Assembly (NCBI GenBank): GCA_013239625.1
Contig: MU053352.1
Location: forward strand, 629,079-693,078
Source of the DNA: Lama guanicoe
Lineage: Eukaryota
Length of the DNA stretch: 64,000 nt
Reading direction: 5' to 3'
Shown: positions 38,256-51,990 of the stretch, in pieces
How the letters are laid out: each line of letters opens with the position of its first letter
How positions within the stretch are numbered: position 1 is the stretch's first letter
Program-made: the position numbers and the translations under genes
The notes under the pieces: generated by a model
Told to the model about the DNA's origin: nothing
The model's input: only the letters and a program-made list of their open reading frames with translations
The model's database searches: none

Positions 38256-39605
38256 CTGAAAACAGAAATGGTGTAAAGTAAGTCTATTACGAAATGCTTC
38301 TGAGCTGGTCCCTGAGTGGACTGGGAGCATTTCACCAACAGGGTCAGGGCCACAGCCCCCTTTCATGCCTACCACATGAACTTATGCCAAATTAAACCAA
38401 ATACTAACTCTGTTCCACCTGCAATTGTTTTTCCTTAGTGTGTAGAAAACCAGGGAGAAAATCCAGTTTTTACAAGACGTTCATCAGATGGCATGCAGCC
38501 CACTCCTCTCACAGAGCCTAACCCAGACTAGTTATGACGGCCGGCCAGACACCTTCCCTGGACCTGTGTGATACAGGGCTCACGGATGTCAAAACTCCCA
38601 AATCTAAACTGAAACAGAGGATTGCCCGTAGGCAGAGCCAGCTGAGATTCAGGGTCTCTCTGTTCTGATCCATTACCTTCAGCTCCACCTCCCACTATTC
38701 CTGGGCAAGTACTTTACATGATTCTTTTTGCCTCTGGGTCCTAGCCCCTCCCATCACTCATCCCAGATACTGGACCCACCAGGCACTAAGCGGGATGGTA
38801 AGACTGAGGACAGACCTTACTCTTGAGGTACCCATGGTTTTAAGGGGGCTACAACCAGTCACAATACAGGGTGGGAAGAGACTTCTTTAATAGAGGTGTC
38901 AACTAAATGGAGTGGGAGCACAGGTAAAAGCAACTAATGTGGGGAAGAAAGGCCACTTCAAGGAGGATGTAACCTTAGGGCTGCTCACTGAAATGGCGGA
39001 AGGAGAAGGACGAGGGGGTCGAGCAGCTCTGGGGAGGCAGGAGAGGCAGAGGGACGACAAATACAAAGACTCATGAAGGTGAAGGGTAAGATCTTTTAAG
39101 AGAAGCCAATATATCCGGGTACAGAGCACGCTGGGGCGGGCTGGCCAGGAGTCTCGGGTGTGTGTACGTGTGTGAATGTGTGTTTGCACGTGCCATGCAC
39201 TACACTATGAAGGCTCTCAGTACTTGTGTCTGTAGAATGCCAGACCCACCCACAACTCCATTTCCAGAAACCTCAAACTCCACAAAGCCTCCTGGACCCG
39301 TGTCTCCTCCCCTGTCTATGTCATTGCTGAAGCAACCCCTCCCTGCAGACCCTCCTGCTGACACCCTGCTCCCAGGCTCCTTCAACAGCACCGAGCACAC
39401 CTGTGCGCTGCCCAGCACACTGCCTGCCGCTGGCAGACGCTCAGGGCACATCTGTATTACAGCCCAGCAAGGGTGACCCAATCCCCTCCCCTCCTCGCAG
39501 GCTCCCATCTGGATCCCCAAACTGAGGACCTGCAGGCACTACGTGAAGGGTGGAGTGAGAGGTGTCCAAGGGGAGGAGGGGGTGTGAGGGGCGCCACGGC
39601 CTCAC

Positions 39606-39718
39606 CTGGGGTCCTGCTGCCCGGTGCTGCCCCTGCCGTACAGCGGGATGACCTTGTCACGGCTGATGCCGGCTTTGCAAACTGGACACACCTGTCTGTT
39701 AGGTCTGGTCTCCAACCA
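39606..39718 (-). CDS. RNF185: RNF185 exon 4 (113 nt): [38 protein letters not shown]
   Basis: Acceptor TTGCAG|TGG, donor CAG|GTGAG; final CxxC of the C3HC4 RING. Confidence 0.97.
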
Positions 39719-40332
39719 CTGCAAGGAGAGAAAACCGCATGATGGCGCAAACCCACCAGAGTGGTCAGTCTGAGCCAGCAGAAGACACGGACCAGAGGCC
39801 GCACACTGGAAACACCAGAACCAGCAGGGAACACGTTGAGCAACCCAATTCTCTGCTTCCCGCTCCTGGCGCTCAATAAACATTTAGTAGTGGTGAAATC
39901 AAAACTGCCTTTAAATGCCATCATAATTAAACAGGCTTCTTCATGCTTCGCTCTCTTGAGGGGCTCCCAGCAATATGGCAGGAAGGAACTGCAAGCCTGG
40001 AGCTGTGTCAAGAGGCCTGACAGATCCAGCCTCAGGTTAGGCCGTGGGTACAGCAATAATAAACTTTACACCTCCACCTTCCCTGAGGGTTCCACTGTAT
40101 GACCCTGACAGTCAGATTATTATCATTTTTTCTGTGTTTCTCATTTTTACAGCATTTCCTCATTAACTCTGTATTTCAGACACCAGCATCTGGGCCTCAG
40201 CTGACCATTTTCTGGTGATTTACTACGTGCTAAAGAATAGATTTTTCTTCTTATCTAAATTTGCTTAGTGTTTTTTATGTACTTTCACTGATTTTCACAT
40301 TGTACTATTTCTTTCAAAATTAAAAACACCAG

Positions 40333-40693
40333 GTGAAGATGGAGGCGGGGGGTGAGGAGGAGTGGAGAGAAGTAGAGAGATTTGAAAGTGCTACATTACT
40401 GGCTTTGAAAATGAGGGCCGGGATCATGAGCCAAGAGAATGCAAGGACATGATTTCTCTCCCAGAACCTCCGGAAGGAAACACTCTTGCTGACACCTTGA
40501 TTTGAGTACTTCTGACTGGCAGGACAATAAGATAATAAGTCTCAGTGTTGTGATAAGTCATTAAGTTTGTTGAAATTTGTTACATCAGCAATAGGAAACT
40601 AATATAATGCGTCAAAAGAAAGGGTCCAAGAAAAATACCATAAACTTCTAATTGTGAACAATAAAACTGCAATATTCTTTGGGGAAAAAAGAA
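40333..40693 (+). pseudogene. Retroposed 3' end of a polyadenylated transcript containing an MLT1 (ERVL-MaLR) LTR fragment (~40333-40606)
   Basis: 17-bp TSD, AATAAA at 40660-40665, A-rich tail from 40685; MLT1-like end TTTGTTACATCAGCAATAGGAAACTAATA. Confidence 0.75.
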
Positions 40694-41795
40694 AAAATTA
40701 AAAACACCAGAATCCTATTTGGGGTTTTCCAGCCCCTTTCACTGGTTATAGTACATCATTTTGTTTAACTTTCTCAAAAACAAAACAAAAATGATGAAAA
40801 CGTATTACCTGTAGTGTCTTTGTAGACATTAAACAATTATATATATTCTCAACATTTATCTTAGAACATTAATGGCATCTTTAGACCCAATGATACAAAG
40901 TTTATTATATAAATGTGGACCTAGGACTTCAGGGCCAAGAAGAAGGCAGCATTTAAAGATTTTATATCTTATTTCCTTTATCTCACTGTTATAAAACTCA
41001 AAAACTTAAGTGTTATGTGCTCTTCATAAATTTAGAGCAGAAATGTTCCACCAGGTTCCGCTGGGGTCAGAATGTGCAGCCCTAAAACTAGCGGAAACCC
41101 AAACCTGTCTTGTTTCCTCCAGTTCTCTCTCCCACTCAGGTTCGGAGGCTCTAGCAGGCTGGAACTTCTGTCCTCCCTCACATTCCCAGCCACCTACTAG
41201 TGTGAGACTCCACTGCCAACAACCATGGAGACACTCAGCCAGCGCTGATTATTCACAGCCAGTTGTGAATGCCAAGCCCGGCTCTGTCCCACCAAGCAGG
41301 CGCCTGGGTCTTGGTGAAAACTTACTAAGTGGTTTTCATAATAATCAAAAGCTGGGAAAAGAGACTCTTTCCCTTTCATAAAAGCTCTCTGTTGAGTTTC
41401 TCTCTTCTTAACATTCTCAAGACCTTTAAGGGTGGAGGGGATTTTTGATACAATAGGAGTTACTTTTTATAGAGACATAATCTCAGAAATAAAAACCTAA
41501 TAGGCTATCATATCTAACGTACAAATGAGAAAGTGAGACCCAGCAAGGTGGAAGCCTGCCAAGGCCACAGAGGCCATGGGTAGCAGAGGCAGGAGCATCC
41601 CTCCCAGGTACCACACTGACCCCCTGTTACATCAAGTGCTGTCCGTGGTCAGATGTATAAAGAGTTGGGGGGAACGCAAGCAAATGAGCCCAGAAGTAGG
41701 GGAGATTGCAGCTTCTGACGGCAGTCTCCTGAGACTAGGGATGTCTTGTGCAACCACAGCTGATGAAAGACAAAGTAAAATGAAATGCATCTTAC

Positions 41796-41814
41796 CTGAT
41801 GTAAACACGGCCAA
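41796..41814 (-). CDS. RNF185: RNF185 exon 3, 19-nt microexon (C-WPCLHQ, RING core)
   Basis: GGCAG|TTGGCCGTGTTTACATCAG|GTAAGA; supplies the missing RING residues and restores frame between exons 2 and 4. Confidence 0.95.
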
Positions 41815-44400
41815 CTGCCAGAGTCCCCAGGGCAACCAGTCATCAAGGAGGAAAGAGACAGGGGAAAGGAAGAGAAATGATTTCATTAATAGAAACACTG
41901 GATATGGTAGGAACAGGAAAATGGGAAGACAGGATCGTACTGTGGAGCACTGCCACCGCACTGAGGGTCTGCAGCGATCACTGCTTTCAGAAATTAGAAA
42001 AGACTGAGCTCAAGTCACAGGAAAAATGAAGCAATGGAGACAAGACCCCAGTCTCCACCCCTGGGATCCCACTACTTATGAAGACCCCCAGGTCCCAGAC
42101 CATCTCAGACCCAGCTTCTTTACAAGGTAACCTCTGAGGGATCATGGCCTCTGAAGGAATCCAGAAAAGCTAAGGATCTTCTGTGCAAAAAAATCCACGG
42201 GGGCATTCTCATGCACAGGCACACATGTACTATTTTAGACTCGATTTCAGTGGGTTCACAGCCTCCTTAGGCTCACAAGGAAGGTGTGGCTCTAGATCCA
42301 GTTTAACTGCATCTTCAAGCTGCCCTTAGCCCTGAAAGCTCTGCTGGCAGGAAGGAGCTTCAAGTCTACTGTAAAAACATCTTGAAGTAATGGGAAGATG
42401 GGGACCCTGCTTGGCAGAAAGGGCGGCTGCCAGCTTAGTGCGTTACACTAGAGACACTGCTGCCCAGCCCGTCGCTTCAAAAGCAAGGGAACCAAACGCA
42501 GAAACATGGAGGAACTCGCCTACGGTGCCAGGACTCAAAGTCTTCTGACTTCCATTTTCCTGCCCCTCTATCATCCAGCACTGAGTGCAAAAACGACATT
42601 TACAGAACTGAAGAAGAGCTACTCTAACTCCAAATTTAAATTTTTTCTTGCTCTCTTCATCTATCCATTCATGCATATATAAAATATCTACTGTGTGTCT
42701 ACTATGTGCCAGGACAGTGGAAAATGTAGACACAGCTTCTGGCCCTCACATAATGTAACTTCTCTAGGTAAGTAAAATTTGGACTAGGAGGATAATCCCT
42801 TTCCCAATTACTGAACCACAGTTTAGTCTCACAGTCCAGACAAACAGCCTCCTTGGACGTAACAGACACCTGACACCTGACTCCAACATAAACCTTTCAG
42901 CTCCATCCCAAACTGAGCAGAGGGCACCCAAATCATGGCAGCTCTCCACTGGGGACTTCCCTTAAGGGCAGTGGGGGAGAAGTGGAGGTGCCCTCCCTCA
43001 GGGGGAAGCTCCGGATTGTAACAGTGATGCTGATTACCCCCATCCATTAAACAGCTGTGGCTGAATAGTTTCATTTGTCAACGTCACTGAATGGTCGTCA
43101 CACTACCCTTTGAGGGAGTGCAGTTACCTTGCTTCACAGATAAGGAAACAGGTACAGAGGGGACAGCAGACACGCTTAGGGACAAACCACTCAGCATCTG
43201 TTTCATTTCAGAGTCTGTATTCTTACCAATGGTATGCTGACTTAATTCTTAATTCTTACAAATCCTTGTTTTATGACACCCCAATCATAAAACTGGGGCA
43301 TCTCCAATTTCTAGGAGAGAGCTGATGGCAACAGTTTCTGCATAAAACTATGATTAGGGCAAGAGCCTCCAGAACAAAAATCTCTGCCCCATTCTGTTCA
43401 TTCACCAATAAATTTATCTTTTTCACTGTTGCCAACTTAAACTCCCTTAAATATTGCTTAAATGAGCCTTTCTTCACCCCACTTCCTTGCTCAAAAATAT
43501 TCAATAGCTCCATGTTCTGCTCAGTCAAATCTGGGTGTGATACTCTGGCCCAATCCTTCCTGAACCAGTCTTGGTGCCTCATATCCCCCAGCCCACTGCA
43601 CCGGCGCACAGTGCCATCAGGGGGAACAGCAGCCTCAGGCTCTCAGACGAGCCCAACAGCGCATCTGCCTGTCCCGAGAAACTGCCTGCCTTGGGGTGGA
43701 ACACACTCTTCGCCTTACCTGGCTGACATTCTCATCCCTCTAGTTACCCCAATTTGCCCTTCGAGGTCCAGCTCAAAAGAAAGAGAAAAAAACAAAAAAA
43801 ACCCCACAAACTCTACTTTCACCCAGGTTCTCAGAGCCAGTTCTGGAATGGACACTGACTCTGCCACTTCATTCTGATATGCATAAAATACAGTAAATAC
43901 TAGGACCATGGTGAACATGTACTGTTTATTACGTACTGTGTGCTTTTCTACATCTTTTATACATTTTGAGTCATTTAATGTTCCCAAACACCCCTGTAAA
44001 ATGAAGTACCGTGTGTGTAAGCACCTGGCCCAAGGTCATCTGGGAGGGAAATGGTGGAGTCAGGATTTAGAGCCTGGCAGTCTGGTCCACAGTCCTTGCT
44101 CATAACCACCGTGCTATAGTGCCTCTGGCTCGTGTGGCAAGTGGCATGGAGCAAGTGCTCACTAAGGTGAATACTGTCACTCTGGAGATGGGGACAAGGA
44201 GCCCAGGGTGGGGACAGGATTTGCTCAAGGTCATTCAGCTTAGCAGCGGAGCTGGGATGAGAACTCAGGTCTCCTGCCTTTGGGCCTGAGTGCATCAGGA
44301 CCCAAAATGGGTGGGAAACCTTCTGCTCCAAAGCTGTTCATGGTCACAACTGTTTCTTAACTTGGCATGTGTCCTCTGGGGCGGTGGCAGGGGTACTGAC

Positions 44401-44576
44401 CAGAAGAGGTGGCCGCACAGGCTGATGACGGCGTCCTTGGCTGTGTCCAGGCAGATGTTGCACTCGAAGGTGCTGTCCTGCCCTCCGCTCTCTCCAGTGC
44501 CATTGCTGCTGCCGCTGGGCCCCCCTGCACTAGAGTTCTCAGGGGATGCAGAGGCCGAGGGCCCCTTGCTCGCCAT
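44401..44576 (-). CDS. RNF185: RNF185 exon 2 coding part (176 nt; exon starts at 44624): [19 protein letters not shown]...[20 protein letters not shown]
   Basis: Translation matches the RNF185 N-terminus and RING start; strong Kozak AGAATGG; in-frame TGA 12 nt upstream; acceptor TTTCAG|GG at 44625/44624; donor TG|GTCAGT at 44401/44400. Confidence 0.97.
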
Positions 44577-46279
44577 TCTTGGCTGTCAGCAAACGCTGAG
44601 TGAAGATTCTTCCCCAGGAAAACCCTGAAAGGCAGAGAGTCCGTGATCCACTTCTGCAGGCCACTCCCCTGGTCTCCATGCCAATACCCCCATCTTCTTT
44701 CAGCTCCGTAAGTTCAGATTATGACTGAACCCCTGGGTAGATGTTCCAGAAGCTGACAGTTGTGGGGCACCACCCAGAGAGCAATGACTCAGAAACTTCC
44801 CATGAACACGGCCTAGACTGCACCATACAAATGCACAAACTGCACAAATAGAGAGAAGCCTCCAGATGGCTCCCCCTGGGAACTAGGACCCTGTCTCATT
44901 GCCTTCACATTCTTCCAGGATCACCGCCCAGGTGATAAACACATGCTCAATAAGGCTGAAAGTTCACAGGCTGTCCTCTAACTCTGAACGGCCTCTATGT
45001 TGGCAGGTGAATCTGCTCAAGCCAGAAGGTTGTGACTGGTATACGGCAGAAAACAAAGAAAAGCCTGTAACAGTGAAAGGTTAGGAAGCCAGGAAGGACC
45101 AGAAAGGTCATGTGGGCTAATGCCTTCCACACTGCAATCTTTCGCATTCCATCTGTCAGGTTAGAATACCACCTACCTTATTTTGTCTAAATCTATCAAC
45201 TTTTTAGCTCAATACATTTAAGAGGAGGCTTCTATCACTGCTGAAAATAGGTAACACTGCATTACCTGCCGTAAGTGAAAGGTAAGTATAAACGTAACGA
45301 AGGGAAATCTTTTATCCTTTAGGAAACTGTGGGACCTTTCGGCTGACTGAGGAATGTGAGACTCAGACTGTGGGACTCATGACACTCAGTATTCAAACCA
45401 CTACTATACGACCAACAGACCAGGCTAGCCACTAAATGCCAGGAGAAACAGACCACTATTTACTACCTCCTCCAAATCAAAGAATCCCCAGGAGCTGAAC
45501 AAGAAGGAGCACAGGAACACCACCAAAGGATACTCAGAAATCCCAAGTGGGAAATGCTAGCTGGCTACCAGTCAGAGAACCGGAGGCTTGGATGCTGGTC
45601 CCAGTTGTGCCTCCAGCTTGCTAGGTGGTTTTGGAAATGTCTCTCCTCCCTGGGCCACAGTTTTCTCATCTGTAAACTGAGGCACTGGACCACATGGTCT
45701 TCTAGGTGTCCTCTCCTAGCTCTGAGACTGTGCCGCGCTGGGTTGCTGGGTCATGTCACCCTTGGCCTCCAAAGCAGGCAGCCCTGCCACACATTTGGGA
45801 CTCACCGCTGCAGTACCAGAAGACCACCCTGATTTCAGCTTCCAAAGTACGGGGAGGTAGGGACCAAAAAGCCACAGTCCTTTCAGACTCAGAAGCCTTC
45901 CTATACACCACGGACTCAGAACTCTAGACTCACAAGTGTCCCTCACCACGCCAGCAGCTCAGTGACTTGAGCAGGGAGAAGAGGCTGGCTCGCCACCACT
46001 TTTTCACTCAGTTACATCATTTTACATAATGTCCCAGAAGAGTAGCTGGCTGCCAGCAGCACTGTGCCTTGCTGGCCTCGGCTCCGAGACCTTCCCCACG
46101 ACCCCATACTTCCTTCTCTCCATATACGTCTGCTCCTTTCTTTGGAGGATGGAGCCCGCTTGGAAGACCCATGGTATGGCCTTTGTCATTCCAGCTCAAG
46201 TACCCAACCTATGAGTTTCTTAAAAAAAAAAAAAAAAGAAAAACTTTTTAAAATCAAGGACTAAGCACATAGATGTGGA

Positions 46280-46935
46280 AAGATAAGTCAGTCTCTCCTG
46301 ATGTGATGCACTGACAAGTATATAGCACTAACAACGAAGCATCCTTGCCGTAAAACAGACTCTAACCAGGGCTCTAAAACGTATTACGCATTATAGAAAA
46401 TATGGGGCACAGATGCATGTGTTAACTTCATGAAGATACAATCAGGAAATCCAGAATGCAGGACTTTCTACAGGACGAACAACCAAAGTTCTCCAAAAAA
46501 TAAACAGTAAGGGCAGGTTGTGGAGTCATAAATTGAGAGTTGAGACATACCAACCACCGGCAGTATGTGGATCTCACTGGAACCAGATTCACACAAACCA
46601 ATTGTAAAAATAAGTTTGTGAGATGACTTGACAAAAACTGATTTAGCCTGGGTATTAGTTATATTAAAGAATTATTGTTCATTTGGGGGGGTATGATAAT
46701 GGCACAGTGCGATGTTTTTAAAATTTTTTCATCTGGTAAAGATGCATGCTTAAGTATTTATGAAGGAATGATAAGATGTTTGGGATCTCCTTCAAAATAC
46801 TCCAGGGGGAAAAGTGAAAGTGGAGAGAAAAGATGAAGTAAGAACAAGGAAGCTGATGGTTGTTGGAAACAGATGGTGAACTGCATTAGTTTATTTTTGT
46901 GTGTGCTTGAAAATTTCCATAACAAGAAGTTTCTT
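46280..46935 (+). mobile_element. Old L1M 3' fragment
   Basis: ATATTAAAGAATTATTG, CTTGAAAATTTCCATAA motifs. Confidence 0.55.
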
Positions 46936-49900
46936 TTTTTTTTTAAGCAGGTTGGAGAAGAGTCTGTGTATGAATTTACTTAGGTGAGAACAAGCGAAGT
47001 ATATAAATGAGTATACATTTACACATTTATAAAGAAAATGTCTAGAAGGCACACACTAAACTATCAACAGTTATTTCTGGGATTAGGAGGGCTAGGGAAC
47101 TCTGAATTTTATATTTTTATCCTGTTTCAGCGTTTTATGACAAGCAGGTATTACTTTTACAGTAACATTTTTGAAAAAGTAAACTGTAAAACATATGTAT
47201 AATATTAATTTGTTACAACAATAATGAATATAAGTATTAGAAAATGTCTTTAAAAATGTGAAAGAATATACCAAATTATTAATAGTGATTGTCTCTGTAC
47301 TGGTGGGGGCTTAGAGGCCTTCCCTGTTTATAAAACTGACATTTTAACCTGCATTAATTCTAAAATCAGACAAATTAATTTACATTAAAAACTTTTCTCC
47401 CCAAACGTTCCAATTCTCCCAAATCCTGAAAGGTTCTGAGTTGAAATCCTGGCTCCACTACTGACTAGCCATACAGCTCTGGGTAAATCCCTTGATGGCC
47501 TGAATATCTTTTCTCACTTGAAAAATGAGGATGTCATACTTCGTGCAGGGCTGCTAAGGTCGCCATGTGAGACAACACAGTGACCTGGAGGACCCTCCAG
47601 GGCAGGAGGGTCTGCTGCTGCTGGGAAGATGCACGCACCCACCACCCACCCTTGTTTACTGCCCTCTCCGCCCCCTGGCCCAATAAGGCTTTGTACTTGC
47701 ATTTCCCTACACGTGGGTGTAAGGGAACAATAAAGGTCATGGTAGTGTCAGGGTAGGAATGGCCAGGGGACAGTAACAGGTCAGCTCACAGTATGCAGGG
47801 AACTGAGGTATTGCAGTAGGCCAGGCACTGGGATAGGCCTCCATGTCCTAGCCCTAGGCAGACCGTATCACTCTCCTTAGGAGACTGACCGTGTAGTCCC
47901 TACCTGGGTTCTAGAGCTCCATCCTGGTAGGCACTCAAATATTTGCTGAGAGTGTGGGCACAGGCGTGTGTGACCGATTTTGGTCAACTCCCAGGCTGGC
48001 TGTTCACGTAACCTCTCTTCGCAACATATCCTGGGTCCCGTCACCTGAGCCTCCTCTCTTACCTCCTACCTCCCCTCCTGCCCAGGAACGACATGCCAGA
48101 GCAGCACGGCAGAGATGAACAGCCTTCCCTGGGAACCGTTCACTGAGCACCTGCAGAACAGAATGTTCCATGAGGACCCAAAAGGACTGGGACACTGGCG
48201 CAGAGAAGAGAAGGCCCTGGTCAGCTCAGGAACTAGACAGAGTAAAAGGGAAGCAGACCCTGGGCATAGCTGAGCGGCCACCCTGCTAAAAACTCCTGGT
48301 CCCTGGAGGGACCTGGATTTGGACCGAACCAGAGTCATCTTGTTGTGGCTGGTTCTGTGTCCTTGTCCCTACTCTGACCATTCTTCACTCCTGATCTGAA
48401 TCCACTTTCTAGTTTTCATAGCACATTCACATCCACTACCACTTCTGACCCTCACCCCATTTCACAGAGGAGGACATCAGACCAGGATGTTAGAGGACTT
48501 GCCCAAGCCAGGCCATCATACATGTAATTCTGTGCCCAATTCAGACTTTGCAATACAACAGCACTCTTTTCACTCTTACATTTTACTCCTTTAACATACA
48601 GCTTTACAAAATTAAACACCTGGCCTTTGTTTTTCCTCAAATTCACTGTGCAATGCTTTACCTTCTGTATTCTTTGAAGTGAGTACAAAGCAAAATCACT
48701 ACTCATCCATTTATGCATTAAACCAACAGCTCTCTAGCACCAACTACATGCCAGGCCTGGAGCTACCAACTATGGGGTAGGGGTCATAAGGAAAAGCAAG
48801 ACCATGTTGACCCCCTCGAGTCCAGAACAGGAGCTAACTGTAAGAAGTCTTAACAAGGCGCTCCACCAAACTCGCCTAAACAAGGCACCCTCCCAGATTT
48901 CTGGTTCCTAGACCTCCTCAGTGATTTAAATAGAACCTGGAACTGGACAGGATCCAAGAATCTATATTTTTAAATAAGTGTCCCCAGCTTCCACTCCAGA
49001 TGGTCCTCTGATGAGGAAGAGTTTTGGAAAATCAGCTCTCAAACAGGGGAGGACTCTGGGAACACAGCACAGCAGAGTTTGGGAGGGACAGTAACCTCAG
49101 GGCTTCTCTTCAGAATACACCATCCCCAGCAACAGTCCACAGGGACTATGGAGAGATCAGATAATCTTGGAGGGTAGGGGACAAGTCTGCTGAGATCTCA
49201 GACAGGCAGGCCAGCACCTGGTCTATCTGGGACAAAGCTGACCATTTAAGAAACAAGTTCACCTCTTGCTTTGAAAACCATTCCTAAATTTGAGATGTCC
49301 AAGGCAGCACATGTGGTGCTGGGACTAAGGCAGGTGTGTAATATTTAATAATCCCTTAGGAATGCAGAGCCTGGCCGCTGAGGCTGCCTGACCCAGCACC
49401 TACACTCTACTACCTGCCAGAGCTAGCCTGGCCCTCCTCACAGGAACTGAGAGAGGAAGAGAAAGCGAGAGTTGCATATCCCTGAAGGAGGCCCCCGGGA
49501 ACTCAACCTCAGGCAGAAATCTCTTTGTAGTATTCCTGTGTTCAGTTCTCAGGTTCTAGAGCTGCAAACATTCATCATCTGTCTTCTCTGCCCCTTCAAC
49601 TCTATGAATTCCTGGCCCAGGTGTTCAGAGGTATCTGGAAATGTCAATCCTAGTTATGCAGATTACAAATTTAGATGATAAATAACTGGCATGATCTGAG
49701 AGGTGACTCAGCAGAGGTCCTGCTCCTGTGAGCACATGCTGTTCACGTGGACGCCTTCCACCAGAACAGTGACGTGTCCAAGCCCGTTATCACTGCTCAT
49801 TAGGCCGCTGCTGGACCACATGTAGGCCAAGATGGGACCCACATTCCAAGAATGTCTACATCACACTTGCAGAAGGTTCGAGTGGGAAGAAATCTGAGTA

Positions 49901-51789
49901 AGCTGACTGGAACTTGGAACACACAGAAACTAGCCCCTAACATTTTGGAGTCTAAATGGAGTTGAGGTCCTCGGCTAGCTCACAGAGGGCTGGCCCTCAA
50001 ATACAAGACCAAGGGCATGAATGGCCTTTCAGGTCCAGAAGGACAGAGGAGGCTGAGAGTTGGTCTCTTTACTTTAGGGCTGCACTGGTCCTTTTCTCTG
50101 GTACCCTCTAATCTTCCCATCTGTTCAACCAACTCCACACTTACCTTCAAAGATGTATTCATGATCCTATTTGCCAGACATTCAAGACACAAAGATAAAG
50201 GGTTTCAGCCTAACAGGGGACACAGGCAAGTAAACCAAAGGGCAGCCCAGTGTGCTACGTGCTGACAGTGATGTGTACAGAGTGGTGAGGGCAAGGCTTG
50301 CTGGGGAGGATGCAGACACGGCACACAGGACAAGTGGACAGCTCAATTTCCAAGTTCATTGTGGCTGGAGCCCAGAGCACATATGGGGGTGGGAAGGCAG
50401 CAAGGGCTGGGACTGAGGTATGAAGAAACGCCTAGAAGGCCTTGAGCCCTTCAGCCCTGGCCTGTCAGGCTCATTCCCTGCTGAGCCACCTAACCCAGAC
50501 CTGCCTAAGCTTCCAAAGAGTTCCATGATTCCAATGTCTCTTTCTCTCCCCATCCAGCTCCCATTCCTTGGCTAAGTAAACTGATACATTCACGCAATAT
50601 ATTACGAGGCCACTAAAACGTATGCTTCCATAAAGATTTTGCTTACATGGGGATTTTAATTACATAACATAATGTTAAGTGAAAAAAGCAGGAGAGAAAA
50701 TTGTATACCAAACTGAACATACTGTATGATACCAACAGGTTAAAAGATACAGAAACAACTGGTAGGGCCCCAAAATATTAACTGTAGTGGTCCCTGGATA
50801 GTGGAATCATGGGCAAAATTTTAAAGTTTTTTTTACGCTTAACTGTTCTTCCCATTTTTCCCATAATAAATACTATGTTACTAATACTCATAAAAAATCT
50901 GGGAAAATGCTAAAGGTCCCATATCTTCAGATCTCAGCAGGGGGCAAAAAGGAAAGCAATCAAATGAAAGAAATCCACACTAAGGTGTGATGATCCTTAG
51001 CATAATATCCTCTCAGAAATTTTCACATTTAAAATTTTCATTTATATTTTTAATAAGTAACACATTCATATGGCGCAAAATTCAAAAGGTACAAAAGGAT
51101 ATAGACTGAAAAGTCTCTCTCTCCCATCCCTAGAACCTAGTCACCCTGTTCCCTGCCTTGGAGACCAAGGTCCTAGACTATACCTTGAGGACACATTCCA
51201 GGAGTAGAACTGCTGGGTCAGAGGGTAGCTATACTTGTAATTTTGACAGATAGTACCAAGCACCCTCCAGAAAGGATGTGCCAATTTTCACTCCCATGAA
51301 AAATACGTAAGAGTGGTTCCTTTGCTCATCCTTGCCAATGACATGTGTATCTTCCAAACAGAACATATGCTAAGTCACATGAGAAACACAGTGAAATTTT
51401 GGCAGTTTGGACAGATACTTGAAGTTCATTAATTAATTATTAAAATCCATTGTGTTCCATGCACTGTGCTAGGCCCTAGAGATAACAATCTCCAAATATA
51501 ACACACATCTGAGTGGGAATTCTAGGCTCAGCTGTTCCTACTTGTTCACATTGTCTTTCATTATTTCTGAATTAAAAGGTTTTCTTGTTTGTTTCATTTT
51601 AAGCTTCAATGGTTTTTCTCAAAGCTTACCAGGTTTCATAAGAAAGGGTGGAGCAGGGTTCAGCTTACCCTGGCACAAGCTTTTGAGGGGTCATTCAAGA
51701 GGCCTTCTGCCATCCCTTATATCACTGTCTTAAATGTGCCTGAACTTTTTATGGACTTTTGTCCTTAAAATTAGCATGGCACAGAGGAA

Positions 51790-51990
51790 TCTGATGGTTC
51801 TGGGTTCAAATCCCAGCTCTGACACTAACTCTGTGACTTCAGTCATTATTTTCCCTCCAAGCCTTTTTCACTCAACTGTTAAAATGCGGCGATTACCTTC
51901 CTCACATGATAGTTGTAAGGATTAAAGAGAGAAAACAGGAAGGGGCCAGCACAGTGCCTGCACACAGTAAGTGCTCAGAAAGTGTTAATC
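51790..51990 (+). mobile_element. MIR SINE
   Basis: CTGGGTTCAAATCCCAGCTCTG..AGGATTAAA..CACAGTGCCTG. Confidence 0.75.

Noticed and set aside
44295..44400. 93-aa ORF continuing RNF185 exon 2
   Set aside because: Read-through of the frame into intron 2 past the GTCAGT donor
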